A DNA stretch of 63,851 nucleotides, the filler included, from Dicyema japonicum (taxonomy: Eukaryota; Animalia; Dicyemida), in the NCBI GenBank assembly GCA_011109175.1. It is 8 parts of 8 records of this genome, joined end to end, with 100 filler letters (N's around TTAATTAATTAA, not from the genome) between each part and the next. Parts side by side here need not be neighbours in the genome. Positions count along the whole stretch, not along the records: positions 26,430 to 46,853 come from RDEW01000029.1; positions 46,954 to 49,466 come from RDEW01000060.1; 6 more parts are not named here. One strand, given 5' to 3'. Each line of letters begins with the position of its first letter. Positions within the stretch are counted from its first letter, which is position 1. Below, piece after piece: positions 34,044 through 46,961 of the stretch. A program made the translations under genes and the position numbers. The notes beneath the pieces were generated by a model. That model was not told the origin of the DNA and did not search any database. It saw nothing but the letters and a program-made list of their open reading frames with translations.

Positions 34044-37000
34044 ACATTTTCGTTTATGATAAGACAAAAAAATACGATTACTCTTGTTGAAACTGGGATC
34101 ACTTTGCAAAAACTACCTCAAGCAGGTCGAGTAGAAAAGTTCCACAATTATAGCTTACTGGCGAACGAACTTGAGATTATCCATCGCGCAAAATTGAAAA
34201 TAATCCCTGTTGTCATCACTTGGGATGGAATTGTCTCCAGATTCTTCAAAGGCCACCTGGATGGCCTCAATGTGGAGGAGAGGGTCAAAGCTTATATACA
34301 GACGCTAGTGTTACGAAAGACTTTGGAGAGTATGCAAGCTGAGGAGAGGCATGGAGTATCGATGTCTGTTGATGAGGAAGATGGCAGGGAATGTCAACCT
34401 AGGGTAGTCTCTTAATGTGGGCTATGCAGCGACACCTATAAAGGAATAAGTCTTAAGAAAAGAAGATTGAGTTAGACGGGCGTTATAAAAGAATTACTTT
34501 TACTTATTGTTTGATTAATAAAATTTTATTATAAACTTGATAAATTACGTAAGCTTTCATTTTAATTTGAATTTAAATTTAAGTTCTCATGACTAAAATT
34601 GCATCCCTGCATTGAAAAAACGTCTGCAGTTGGAGAGAATAAATTTCTACGAGACTGCAGGTAGTTGAGAGTAGATTAAGTTTTAATATAGGCGGGAGGT
34701 ATGGTCCCAGATTATTTTGGTTGACTTAGAGCCTGGAACCATGGATTCAGCCATTTGGATAGATTTTCCGACCTGACAACTTCGTTTTTGGACAGTCGGG
34801 AACCTGAAACAACTGGGCAAAAGGACACAATACAGAAGGAGCAGTTGGCCGACTCTGTTTTGGATTTTATTTGTAAGAGGCTGAGAGGTGTGACTGCCAT
34901 CAGTAATTCCCTCATTCAGGTGGCAATGGATCAGGAATGGATTCTCTGATCATTCGACATGTCAGAGAGGGGTTTTGTGATCGAATTATGAACAACTTCT
35001 CGGCCGTTCCTTCTCGTAAGGTGAGTTTTATTGGATTAACCATTTTATAGGTCTCTGATACAGCTGTTGAGCCTTACAATGTCATACTCTCAATGCATCA
35101 GCTTGTTGGGCACAATTATCAGACTTACTGCATTTACAATGAGGCCCTCTATATATTTGCTTCAGACCCCTCAAGATGACTATTCCTACATATGGTGAAT
35201 TCAACTATCTGGTCTCTGCCACCACGTCTGGAGTGACTACATGTATAAGATTCCCTGACAGGTATTCAGTGATTATGACGTGATTAGCTTAATGCTGATC
35301 TCTAAAAGCTGGCCGTCAATGTGGTTCAATTCCCTCGTCTCTACTTCTTTATTCCTGGATTCGCTCCATTGACATCTAATGGCTCTCAGAATTACAGATC
35401 ACTTATTGTTCCCTAGCTGATTCAGTTAATGTTTGATGCCAAGAACATGATGGCTGTTTGTGATCCTCGCCTTGGATTATCTCACTGTTGCGGCTATTTT
35501 CTGAGGAAGAATGTCCACGAAGAAGGTGGATGAGCATATACTCAACAAATAAACTATGAACAGTGTTATTTCGTCGAATGGATCGTCAACAACGTCAAGA
35601 ATAGAGTTTGTGATATTCTGTCTCGTGGAAGATGTCTGCGACTTTTGTTCAAGTGAGACTTGAGAGCGTATCTTAATAGCTATCATCAGATGATTCAGAA
35701 TTGCCATTCAACCTCCATAAATTAAGTTCTTTTTCCACATTTTTTAATTACAATAAAAATGATCAGTCAAAAATTTTTTTGGTTCTTGTTAGTTTATGAC
35801 CGCCATTTTGCTGCAACAATATCAATATATTATAATTTTTCAGTTAAAATTTAAATATTTAATTTTTCTTGGCTTACGAATAATTTTATTTTGTATCTAA
35901 TAATTTTTTGAATTTTTTATCTACGAATATACTTTGTGAGTACTATTAATCATATACCTCGAAGCTACCCTCAGGGAGCTGAGGAAAGATATGGGTCACA
36001 AATATCTAGGACATAATCAAGTTACTATATGCGGATGGTGCACAGACAGGAAACACTTGAAAAAGTTTTACTCCAAGCAAAACTTATTTGGATCTGCGCA
36101 TGAACATTAAAAAACTGATTATATACCAATCGAACGAGCAAGAAACTATGAATGTTGGAGAGATACAAAAAACTGGCTCACTACTAGGTGATGTCGAGGA
36201 TATTTGTCGAAGGAAAATGCTGAGTACCATATACTTCAAAAAATATAGAACATCTGGATAAGAAAGAAGCATGTATCATGAAACCTCGTGTCAAACTATA
36301 CGTCTGTAAGCCAATATTGCTATACAATTCAGGAACATGGAGAAATTCGAAAAACAATTTAGAGAAGCTAAATACTTTTCACAAAGCCAACCTCGTATAT
36401 TGACTGGAATCTTCTGGCCGAGAAAAATCTAAAACGAGAAACTATATACTCTATGTAAATCTAGACCAATTAGCATGGACGTTGTTTTATCGAGGTGGCA
36501 ACTATTTGGAAATATTCTTAGACTGAATCCGACTACAAAGTAACAGAATAATGGAAGAATATTTACACTGCGCCGAAAGTAACGGAGTTCGAGGCAGAAC
36601 AAGAAATACACTTCTAATTTGCTTAAAGATGATTATGAAACAACAGGTCGTAAATTGATGATAGCAGAAGATCTGGATGATGTTCAAATGATGTCCAGGA
36701 ACAAGATGACGTGGGATAGGATGGGTGCAAAACACGCCTCAGGCGAAACCCTTTTAGGACTACGTGAAAAAGCACTTAACTAACTATTCATGCAAAAATT
36801 GACGTTCTCCTTGTTATGACGTAAGTCCCACGGTTGAGGCGCTTGAGTGCTAGGCGTATTGTGCCTGGCTATTCCCTCCCAGGATGCGAGCGAGATTAGC
36901 TCAAATACCCACCTGCGCTGACGGGAGTGTCCCGATCGTGTAGAAACTCAATTCCCTAGACGACTCAGAATTCCAGCGTCGCCAAATCAGTCGATCTGGT

Positions 37001-37144
37001 CTCCGCATCGGCACGGTTTGGAACACAGATTTTTAACCCAGTCGTAATGAGATCCCAATACGAACGCATTCATTTTTCAGAAAAGTACCCAAAACTCCAT
37101 TAGTAATGGCGTTTGGTTAGACACCGGTCTCGAAAGACGTCCCC
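34044..37144. repeat. Right arm of the inverted duplication (R4 fragment, TUBB pseudogene, RTE, CRE)
   Basis: Reverse complement of the left arm; lacks the 2.78-kb LINE. Confidence 0.92.
34589..35720 (+). pseudogene. TUBB: Beta-tubulin pseudogene retaining short introns
   Basis: [88 protein letters not shown]; introns ~34661-34691 and 35262-35287. Confidence 0.92.
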
Positions 37145-37370
37145 GACAGCAGACACGGCGATGTGGCTAGATGACACTAACAAATATTCAGAAGAATTCC
37201 GGCATACATCATCGTCCATTCCCCGCTGAGAGAAATTGAAGGTAAAGAAAGCTGATAAGTATGGCCCTAAGCCTCACGGTATGGTCGGCGTCCTGGTCAA
37301 TAGAGAATTCTGGGAAGAAATGTAGAATCCTTTTGACAAGGCTGTTAGAGGCCATTAGCGAGGGTAATCA
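36845..37370 (-). mobile_element. CRE-like fragment
   Basis: NAITNGVLGTF.KNECVRIGISLR; PCRCG; internally deleted. Confidence 0.7.
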
Positions 37371-37829
37371 AAAATTATTGAAAAAAATCCAAAATACTGC
37401 AACAATATTTTCATCCAATTAAGGGTTAACTGTAGGTAACCCTTCACAAATGATCAGTCATATCTGACAGTGCCGTCGTATTTTGACCACCTTAGTAATC
37501 AACTAATTAGTGATTCCTTTCTCTTAGTCAGGTTATCTCATCTCTGGATGTCCTTGGGGATAAATAATCCAAATTATTCATAAATAAAAATTAAATAAAG
37601 TTATTTTCATATACAAGTCGAATCTCATGCTTTCAGAACAGAATTTTTAGCTTTCATTCTGGCCAAGGTTCCATGCGTCTAATTAACAATCACCATCATC
37701 AGTGATACCTATATAGACTCAAAGGCAATAAAAGAAGTTAAATGTTTAGCTCTTTCCACGATTAATCATCAAGTATTATAGAGATAGAGAAAGTAATGTT
37801 GATTTGATAAACACGTGGTATCGAATTTG

Positions 37830-38560
37830 TCAATGGAAATGAAATTTGTCCACAAAGAATAGCAGAAAGCTTTGTCACGCCCTTGAAACTACTGGCTGTT
37901 TCAGAATTGGGAACAGATTTCCATTGACGATCTGGAAGGAAATTCGCTCAATGAGCCAGTTCCTTTCCATTTATCATTTTCTTCCTCGCTATAAGCGATC
38001 AGATTCTTCAGGGTCAGTGATATGCTACCTATGAGTCCTGATGTTTCCATGGCGACTGGTTCAAAAACGAACTGTTCAGAGAGACATACGTATTTCTTCA
38101 TTTTTGGGTCTCAGCCTTTTCCAAGGCTGATCCTGGGTAAGTTCCTGTCATAGCAATGTTAGAGGGAGAAAGGCTATCCGACAGGTGACGTTTCAGGCGA
38201 GGTATTTACCACTTTCCCGTTAAAAGAGTGTTGTCAGGTCTTTTATTTGCAGTCCAAGAGGCCCCAACTGTACAGTGAATCCGGCCGCTTCCACTTTGGA
38301 TCACTATGATTAGATTAGGATCACTTGTCTTGGGCTCTTCTAGCATTCCTCCCGTATGAGAAAGCGTGAAGGTCTTTAACGTCGACCATTATTCCATATC
38401 TACATCAATGTGTAACGCAGACATCTACTCCGATGCGGACGCAAACCCCAAGTCGTCATCCAATAGTGTCCCATGTGAGGTCCAAGTCATGTGAGAGTAG
38501 AGATGGCGGACTTAACCTCTGCCACCACAAACACGCAGCAGTGACTTCATGTTCTTCCCT
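37830..38560 (-). mobile_element. Degenerate CRE-like 3' fragment
   Basis: KKYVCLSEQFVFEPVAMETSGLIG; GTLLDD. Confidence 0.7.
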
Positions 38561-39299
38561 TGAGCCCGAACTGGACTTTTCGGTTCTAACGAATTAGGTA
38601 ATCCAGAGAAGTTGTTGGGGAGCATTTCTCTCTAGGAGTCAGTCACTTAATTCTCTAAAGTACTTTTCTTGTATCTTCGATCTTTATATTATTTATCCAG
38701 GAGATGGATGGCCATCCCGTAATGCATGCTTAGCAAACGCATGTCTGTAACTGTAAGCGTACCCTACACGTGACATCCTTCACTAAGATCTTGACGGTTA
38801 TCAATCTGAAGAAAAAGTCGACACCATTCGTTTTTTATCAAAGGCAATCAGAGCGTGAAAATTGTCTCAGTCTGAACTCCCAGTAGAATTTGATTCATTT
38901 AAGAATTTTATAGAGAATATAAGACAGACATCCGATCTCAAGCGAATAGATCGCCAGCTTTTTAAATGGCCGGGTTTTGTTTTATCCAGTCCGCATCTTG
39001 CTTATGGCAAATTACGAATTGCCAAAAGTATTTGAGCGCTCAAGGCAATGAAGAGCCCACTCTGGAAGGTAATAGGACGTTTCGCAGATTGTGAAGGAAA
39101 AATGGATGTTTGCCAAACAAAATATTTGGATAGAGCATGCTATATTTTTAACATATTTGTGTAATTTTTGCGCAATTTCCGGAGGAATTTTTGACCTTCG
39201 GTCTCTCTCTCTTGGATAAGGTATAATTATCCCCGTTTTTTAATGTGACAACAATCTTGTAAACTGTTGGATGACTCATCAAAAGAGTGGTAAAGATTT

Positions 39300-39612
39300 C
39301 TTTGGGAGTTATTCTAGCTAAGTTGTTCCTCTTTTTTTCCCTGTCCAAACCCTCTGATGAAGATTGCATTATGAAAACTATTCCGCTAAAGAATGAAGTG
39401 ATGTTCGCGACGGTAGGACGTGGGACAAAAATTGAAGAGGGCGGACCTACTTCTCCACCTCTCTTCAGAAGCGGAAGCCTGTAATGAAGTATTGGAAGAT
39501 GTATTTGGTCGGCACAAGCAGATGTTCTCCCTTTGGTTCCTTCCTTGGATTAGTTAGTTATGACTGATTGTGCTGGGCTTACAATGGTAAGTTTGGGGTT
39601 AATAATAATATA
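39300..39612 (+). mobile_element. LINE 3' end, same family as 13445-13800
   Basis: Nucleotide similarity; ends GGGGTTAATAATAATA. Confidence 0.7.
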
Positions 39613-39899
39613 ATTAATGTTAATTTTTTAAATAATTTAATTATTTTGCTTTGGTATTATGGAGGACAGCAGAAACCCTTCGATCATGTTGAGGTCTACC
39701 TGGATCACTTATTTAATGGTCTAACTCGTTCTTTCTTGTGTTCCCCTTTTCGGCGTTAAATAATAATATTTATGCTCTTTCTCAAATTCCCAAGTAGCAT
39801 TTAGTACTTTTTCAAATTCACTTATGGATTGCAGCACTAAATTTGGTTTTCTCTATATATTAGAGTAAAAACACACATGAATTGTTCACATGTCCTGAA

Positions 39900-40271
39900 T
39901 TCAAAGTACTCCTTCAAACAGGACTTGTCACTAATATACCTTTTTGTAGATTTTGTTGCCCATAGATGAGTCTATTACGATATTCTTAGTCCCGGCTATA
40001 ATATCGATCTTTAAGCGCAATTTCTGTACTTACACCAACGTTTGACTTAATACAATGGCTCCATGATGGACCCTTACTGACTATATTCAAAGTACTCCTT
40101 CAAACAGGACTTGTCACTAATATACCTTTTGTAGATTTTGTTGCCCATAGATGAGTCTATTACGATATCTTAGTCCCGGCTATAATATCGATCTTTAAGC
40201 GCAATTTCTGTACTTACACAACGTTTGACTTAATACAATGGCTCCGTGATGGACCCTTACTGACTATATTC
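39900..40271 (+). repeat. Direct tandem duplication, 2 x ~186 bp
   Basis: TTCAAAGTACTCCTTCAAACAGG at 39900 and 40086; units differ by a few 1-nt indels and one substitution. Confidence 0.9.
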
Positions 40272-40860
40272 ACAAGTTAACATTCAAGGTATCCGGATGA
40301 AAATTACCGAACTAAAACACTTTCTCTTAAACAGTGGATATAGTTATTTTCTAAGAAACGAAACTAAACCCACAGCGCCCACCCCCAACATTCCAGGATA
40401 TTTAGTTTTCGGACGTGGGAGAAGTCATAGAAGAGGTAAAGGCGTTATTACACTAATCAGGAACCATATACTGGCCAGCAATATTTTGGATAACATCTCG
40501 GACCCTTCCTCAGAACGACACACTGGAACAACTAACTCTAAGAATCCGTCGACCTTCTCTCCGATTGACAGTTGTTAATATGTATATATCGCAGCGACTA
40601 CTGCCCCGAACTCCAGCGATTCCTAAATGCAAAAAGATCTCAATGGTATGCTAACCAACAACTGGATCAACGGAAAGCCCTCATATCCGACAGTTTTGAC
40701 GACCTGATCATTCTCAGCAAACACACAAGGACCCCTTCCTGTCGAGGCGACTTCCCTACTTCACCCGACATTTCTTTTGCCGCTCTCGAAACATCGAGTC
40801 TCATTTAGACTCTTTGTCGATTGAGCCGATCAGACAGACTGAATTCTCTTACGAATTCCT
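40250..40860 (+). mobile_element. Ingi-like APE endonuclease fragment
   Basis: GP..TI.QVNIQGIRMKITELK, NETK, IPGY, RGKGVITLIR, TSPDISF. Confidence 0.7.
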
Positions 40861-40980
40861 GACGTCTAAAAAAAAGCACGCGTTAAAATGCTTAGGGTTT
40901 CGCTCATGCAGAACACACACTTTATTTAAGTAAAAAACAGTTATTATAACTAATCGTAGAGGGAGAACCAAAGAATGCTC

Positions 40981-41183
40981 TTCACTTCTTTTTTTCTTTT
41001 TCTTGAGTGTATGTCCTTTTAGACTATCCAGTTTTGCAGTGAATCTCCATGATGACGGCTAAACTCGTCAAGCCCTTTTAGCACCGTAGATGCGTGGAAC
41101 CTTCCACCAGATGAACAGCAGCAAGAATCGAACCCGTGACCTAAGCCACTTAGCCCGACACCTAACCACTGTGCCACCCGGAG
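40981..41183 (-). mobile_element. tRNA-derived SINE
   Basis: A box TGGCACAGTGG (41166-41176), B box GGTTCGATTC (41125-41134), short body and A-rich tail; 3' ~90 nt repeated at 54958-55050. Confidence 0.75.
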
Positions 41184-41229
41184 TAAGACTGGTTCGATCT
41201 AACGTATACAGCGACCTTTATATTCAGTA

Positions 41230-42400
41230 CAGACTTAAAGGCACAGATTAAGTGAGGCGGCTATTCTCACTGTATCATTCAGCGGATTTCCAATTTCAGC
41301 ATTCAACCAAGAATCCGTTGAATGACAGTCAGTCTTTTTGAGGAAGACAAGTCTTCTTGCATCTCATATCATAATCACACTTTAAATATGATATCTGATT
41401 AGTGCGGTCATCCGGATCATTGAGGGATAAGTCCTTCCATACTCCCATAGCCACTGATAGTGACATAGATACATTCAGACCCGGATAAGAGTTAAGGACT
41501 GTATCCACAAATTTTTTGATGAACTGAATGAGAACAAATGTGCAGCCAATGAAGTGACTGAAGGCACAGTACGGTCCATCCCACTGAAACAATGGGAGGA
41601 GTTCTTTGAAGTCATCCATAATCATCTAAATGTATATTTAAAATGACTTACCTAATTTCACAGACAAGAAAGATAGAAAATATTTTTCATCATAACAGAG
41701 GGAATCCAACACAGTTATGGAACCTTTCCACTAGAGTGGGGGAAAGTAAATGATCTTTTTAGCGTCACTCCGGCACTGTGTAATTGATCAATGATGTCAT
41801 CAAGTAGAGCAATGGAAGAAAAGGAACAAAGAAAAAGAGACCTTTGAACAAGTAGCTAGCGTTTAATAGATCCAAAATATCAAATATCTTGTGAAAACTA
41901 TTTCCGATTCATTGACGACTCCTTTACTAATTCTTTTAACCACACCATAGGTTTTTCTCCAATATTGTCATTTAGCATAACTTCTATAATGCTACACAAC
42001 ATAAAACCTTTGGATTCCATGTTAGTCCATAATAAAAGATCGCTTTCAATTTCTGTGAACCTTAAATGAGGGATTTAAGAACACTAAAAACTAGTACTAT
42101 GATGGATTGAATGGCGGATCGAGAAGGTTACCATACCTTAACAATAGAAGTGCGTGGAGGTCGACATTCAGAATGTTATCTTTTGCTGCATGAGTAGCTA
42201 TTAGTATTGTGCTCTCAGAAAGTGCTTTAATAATAGAGCAATAGAAAACTGAGTAGAGGTATACATACTGTGAGTCGACACTAGCCGAAGACTGGATTGA
42301 GACATTATTCCTATATTCCACAGGAAGCTGTCAACCATCAGAATGGTATTTACACAGGGAAAATTAGGAAGAACGTTTTGATTATCGACGGATAAGCCCA
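41230..42400 (-). pseudogene. Unidentified multi-exon gene remnant
   Basis: Coding-like stretches separated by short GT-AG introns (e.g. GTAAGT...TTTAG at ~41626-41651); stops in frame. Confidence 0.3.
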
Positions 42401-43269
42401 AATGTTAGCTACTAAAAATAATGGAGCAAATTGTCTACAGGAGACTAAAATAAGTTAAAACAATAACCTTGAGTAGTAATTCAAGACAACCCGTAATAAG
42501 TTAAGCGGCTATAGACTATAAAAGTCATGGACACCTTTCCCCAGTCAAGACTATAAAAGTCAATTTTTTAAGAAAGTTCCATTATGGGCATTCAGGCATT
42601 GAGGACGTAATGGGAGATACTGCCTAATGATCGCAAGTCCAATATTCAAGAAGAGCCATCATGTCATTAGACTCTCTTCCGCACTTCTGCAATTCCGCTC
42701 ATTAACATGATAAACTTTGACGTGCTGGGGTAAAACATACCAGACGTCTCGAAAGAGATCACTGAAAGGCGAACCGATTCTCAATTTCCTAGTTTTGAAA
42801 TCTTTAGTAGTACTTGATGTAGAACCCGCGTACTGTGGTGACTTGAGCAGATTCGCCTTTATGCAAGACACCCCCTTGACTTCATGGCTTGGTATATATG
42901 CCACGCGACTTCTTTCCATCACTTACACAAAGTTTAAAGAGTTCCAGAAAGCATGCAAACCCCGTGTCTTAGATTACTCTCATGACAGTCAAGTTTTATC
43001 TGAAGGATATCTCCCGGCACTTCTCTTGTATTGCATCGGATTAGACCCTTCATGTCAATCGTTCCATCGCATTTGCATCGGTGTTCAAAGCAGACACCAA
43101 GCAAGGCCTAGCCAAAGAAAAACTTTAATTGAGCTCTAACTAAACGAGTATCAACTGCACGAGTGAAGGCCGAATTCCTTGAGTTTTTAATCAAAAATAA
43201 CAATTACCTGACAAAATTGCTGATAAAACTGCGCAGGTTTAAGGAGTTAATCGGCGACTTTTGAAGAAA

Positions 43270-44005
43270 CCCCCTTTGATCCACACAAATTGAGAAACTG
43301 GAACAACATTACACACAAGACTACTCAATCGTCTCTTTTAGAAACGAATAACTTACACCGTCGAACGTGCATTCTGTCAGCCTCTTCCCCCTTCAGCAGG
43401 GCTTGGCTGAAAGCGTTTTCATTATATTCAATTGGTTCCCTTCTGGATCAGGATGCCCTTCGAATTGGCGTTTCCTTCATCTCGGGGTCGACCTGTGCCA
43501 GCCTCATCCGTGCCGTTGTGAACTGCAAAGGGTTTCACCCGTTTTCTTGCCGACGCAGCAGTGGTCTGTTCCCGAGGTATGCCGCTATTAACGGTGTCGT
43601 TAGGCGCTCTCTTGAGGCGACTGGATTCTGGAAACTCTGGAACCGGTGGGCCTAAATCGTGGGGATGAAAAGTGCCTAGAAGGTATAACTGTGTTCCATT
43701 TCTCTCAGGTGAAATGCTTGATTTGGGATGTGGCTTTCATAGACACCTTTTCCCAGTCGAGACTTTCAGACTCCACGTTGAAGGCTTGGGAGGCTGCTCG
43801 AACATTTGAGAATTCCAAAATAAGAAAATACAACAGCCTCTGCACCAGATTTTTTGTACATCCATTTGCCGTCGAAACGAGCGGAGTCTTCTGGCCCAAT
43901 AAGGTCTCTTTTATAAAATCGCTTGGGTCTGATATCGAAAGTGAGTGACGAGCGTCGGGGAACCGATTAGCTGTACCAGAGGATTTCTCTGGCAGTTGTC
44001 AGCAA
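43270..44005 (+). mobile_element. CRE-like 3' fragment
   Basis: AWLKAF...GSLLDQDALRIGVS; HPFSCRRS; LIWDVA; PFAVETSG. Confidence 0.8.
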
Positions 44006-44400
44006 ATTATTTTATTTTGATTATTTTGTTGTGTAATAAATTGTCATGAATAGAATGTATTTTATTTAAAAACAGAACCAAGGACAATGGTAAAAACTCA
44101 TACTTCAACAGGCAAAGACAATGGCCATACCCTGCAACACAATCTCTGGTCACGAGGGTCTCTAGGTTTTGTTGACGACTTTTACCCATTCTCCCAGCCG
44201 CTCCTGGGGTTTCAAGGGCGAATGATAGAAATCTCAAAAAGACAAATGAGAATTATTCCATCAATATCTCAGATCAATGTTCTTGAAACGCTATTGTAAC
44301 TTTTGTTGTATTTTATTTATTCAGATTTTTGCATATCTGATGCTTTATTGGTTCTTCATGTGCTCCACAAAACGATAGAAGAGACTGAGGTGAAATATAT

Positions 44401-45090
44401 TTAATAACCCCGTAAAGGGAACACCAAGAAAAAGGAGAAAACCAACTAATTAAGTGATCCCAATACACCTCAACAGGATAGAGAGGTTTTTCCTATGTTC
44501 ATCCAGAGTACCCACTGCTTTCCTGAATAGACGACGATCATCTTTCACTAGAGTTTAAAGAAAAGTGGGTTTTTCCCCAAATTATGTGTATTTGAGGCTT
44601 CTAGCCTAGAGAGGAAGAAACGATTTGTTTCTTGAACACACAGACCGATGAAGCCAGAGTCGTTATTTTTGATTTCGGCATGGTCAAGCATTGGGGGAAA
44701 AGATTGGAGTAGATTCGTTAGACGTGCAAGTTTGACTGTTAGGGAGTTGATCTTGTATGAATTAAATATTGAAGCTCCATAGGCCCATGAGGCACAAGCA
44801 TACTCTACCGTCGGTTTTAGTAGTTGATTGTACATGAAGACAGCGCATTCCCGTGACGGTCGGGAGTTTAAGAGCGGTTTCATTATATTCAGTTTCCTGA
44901 GACCCTTTGTCATAACGTTCTTCACATAATGAGAAAATGTCATCAAAGGTCAAAAGTCAATCCCAGAATAGTTGGATGAATCTGTAAAAGTAAAGAGTCT
45001 CCATATATGTTAAAATCCAGTGTATATTTTTCTTTTCTGTCTGTAATGAAGATGGTATACGTTGATTGGATATGGAGAGACGATTCAAAT
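44401..45090 (-). mobile_element. Ingi/Vingi-like LINE 3' fragment
   Basis: TFSHYVK..KGLRKLNIMK, KPTVEYACASW; 3' end GGATCAC.TAA...GGTGTTCCC...GGGGTTATTAA shared with 27781-27840. Confidence 0.75.
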
Positions 45091-45250
45091 TCAGACATTT
45101 TAAAAGAAACATGTCATTAATTAATTAATTTTCAAGTAGTAAATTTTAAATATTATTTATTATAATAATTTAAATATTATTCATTTATTTAAATATTTGT
45201 GACGGCGAACAATAAATTTATGATGCTAAAATATGGCTTATGTGATAGTT

Positions 45251-45990
45251 ATGAATTCACATAAAGGGCAAGATCAGAGTCTCGCTTAATTAACTCGTAT
45301 GTTTGTTGAACTGTTGAATTCTTCAAAAGATGGTCTACTTGACTTACGAGAAGTTGAAATTTTATAAAATATTGCAGGCAGTCTCTAAACTACCAATACA
45401 TAATAATCGTAGAATATACGACATAATAAACGTACTCGATGGAATCGGTCTTCTAGAAAAGATATCTATGAACTACATTAGATTGATGAAGACAAATTTA
45501 AATTTTAGTTCTAATAAAAGTGATCCTTCTAAAGAGGCTTGTCGGCTTCGAGAAGATATCAAATTTCTTAGAAACTACGAGAAGGATCTAGAAAAGGAGG
45601 TCACTGATGCAATGCAATGTACCACAAAAATGTGGAATGACACCGACTGTTGACATTCCCTAAATTTTGTCCAAAGTTCTGATATCTCGCCAATTTTTAA
45701 AAATCAGACAGTTTTTGCAGTTCATGCTCCACAGGAAGCTCGGTTATCTTTTACTAGAACATTTGTTTGCCTGTTATTTTACTCATTAGGGACGGAAGGG
45801 AGGTCAACTCCGTGTTTTCTGCGATTCAGGGACTGTGTCGGTTGTCCTTATAGATGAATTCACCAAAGATAACTCTAAGAGCACTCCCGTTTTCCTTAAC
45901 AAGGTTGATTTTTCTGGGAATGACTGCTACATCTTTAAAATGAAGGAAGATGAAAGTCTGGCTGACTGCTTTAAGGATTAACTTTTATAT
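45251..45990 (+). pseudogene. E2F: E2F transcription factor, probable pseudogene
   Basis: SLA*LTRMFVELL..SKDG.LDL, RRIYDIINVLDGIGLLEK, marked-box-like FKNQTVFAVHAP; in-frame TAA (~45287) and TGA (45651); short introns. Confidence 0.8.
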
Positions 45991-46019
45991 TTTTGTGTTA
46001 AGTAAATTAAAATTTTTGC

Positions 46020-46800
46020 TACTCGGAGTTACCCAAGGAAGGCAACTGGGCTGTTTTATCTCCAGTATCCCCACAGGGCTCTTTAAAGTGCATAATCTTC
46101 TAGAAAGGATTGTCTTTTGTTTGGACGCTTACTTTTGCTGAGGGGTTTATGGAATGGTTGCTAGTAAAGTTGGGGTAACCAGCTAATTTCTTCTTTTGCA
46201 GGTATCTCCAAGTATTGGGCTAAATAAGATTGGAATTCTGAACGTTCGGGTAAACTATGCTTTTTTAGTTCTGAAATATAGCGCGTAGGATGTCTTCTGA
46301 GTTTGCAACATGCTTAGGGATTAGGTGAAATTGCAATTTGTTTAAGTTTAATGACTCTTTGAAATTTGGCTATTTTGCATAAATTTGATAATTTTTCTTT
46401 GAAGTGAAAATTTTCAACAGTTATTCATTTTTAACATGACATCTTTGAATAGGCCAGTTGGAAAATTAGAAATAGGATGTCAGAAGTTGAGAAATAGCAG
46501 TAGCTAAAAGGCTGTGAACACATCAGACTGGGATAATAGTGTTCGATATCGTTCTAACCACCCTTTCCGTACGAAAGGATTCTACCGTTTCAACGGCTGA
46601 CTAATAGATATGGTCTCTGTGAAGTCTGAGGAAACTACTTACATTTCCTTTGATTGCAGAATCGTTGATTATTGGAGGGAAATTGTTTATAGGGTGTCCG
46701 GTTAAAAATGAATGGGGTTTCCCACAGTTGGAATGAAATTGACCTTAATTCCATGAGCCACAGACATACTCGAGAAGGTTAACCGACATTCCTCTATGAA
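46020..46800 (-). mobile_element. Degenerate Ingi-like LINE remnant
   Basis: Weak similarity to the endonuclease and linker of 27761-30542 and 60635-61940. Confidence 0.4.
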
Positions 46801-46961
46801 TTGGTGACAGTAATTGAATTATCCTTACAAGATTTAGAATATGTATAGAATCTNNNNNNNNNNNNNNNNNNNNNNNNNNNNNNNNNNNNNNNNNNNNTTA
46901 ATTAATTAANNNNNNNNNNNNNNNNNNNNNNNNNNNNNNNNNNNNNNNNNNNNTGAATTAA

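Noticed and set aside
41110-41183. tRNA gene
   Set aside because: Acceptor and anticodon stems do not pair properly, and it continues into a repeated body and A-rich tail; better explained as a SINE head
42740-43140. 140-aa plus-strand ORF or Gypsy gag remnant on the minus strand
   Set aside because: No diagnostic motif on either strand
45287-45289. Ciliate-like stop-codon reassignment
   Set aside because: PRCP, AURKAIP1, RPL6 and TMEM186 have no internal TAA/TAG and end in TAA/TAG
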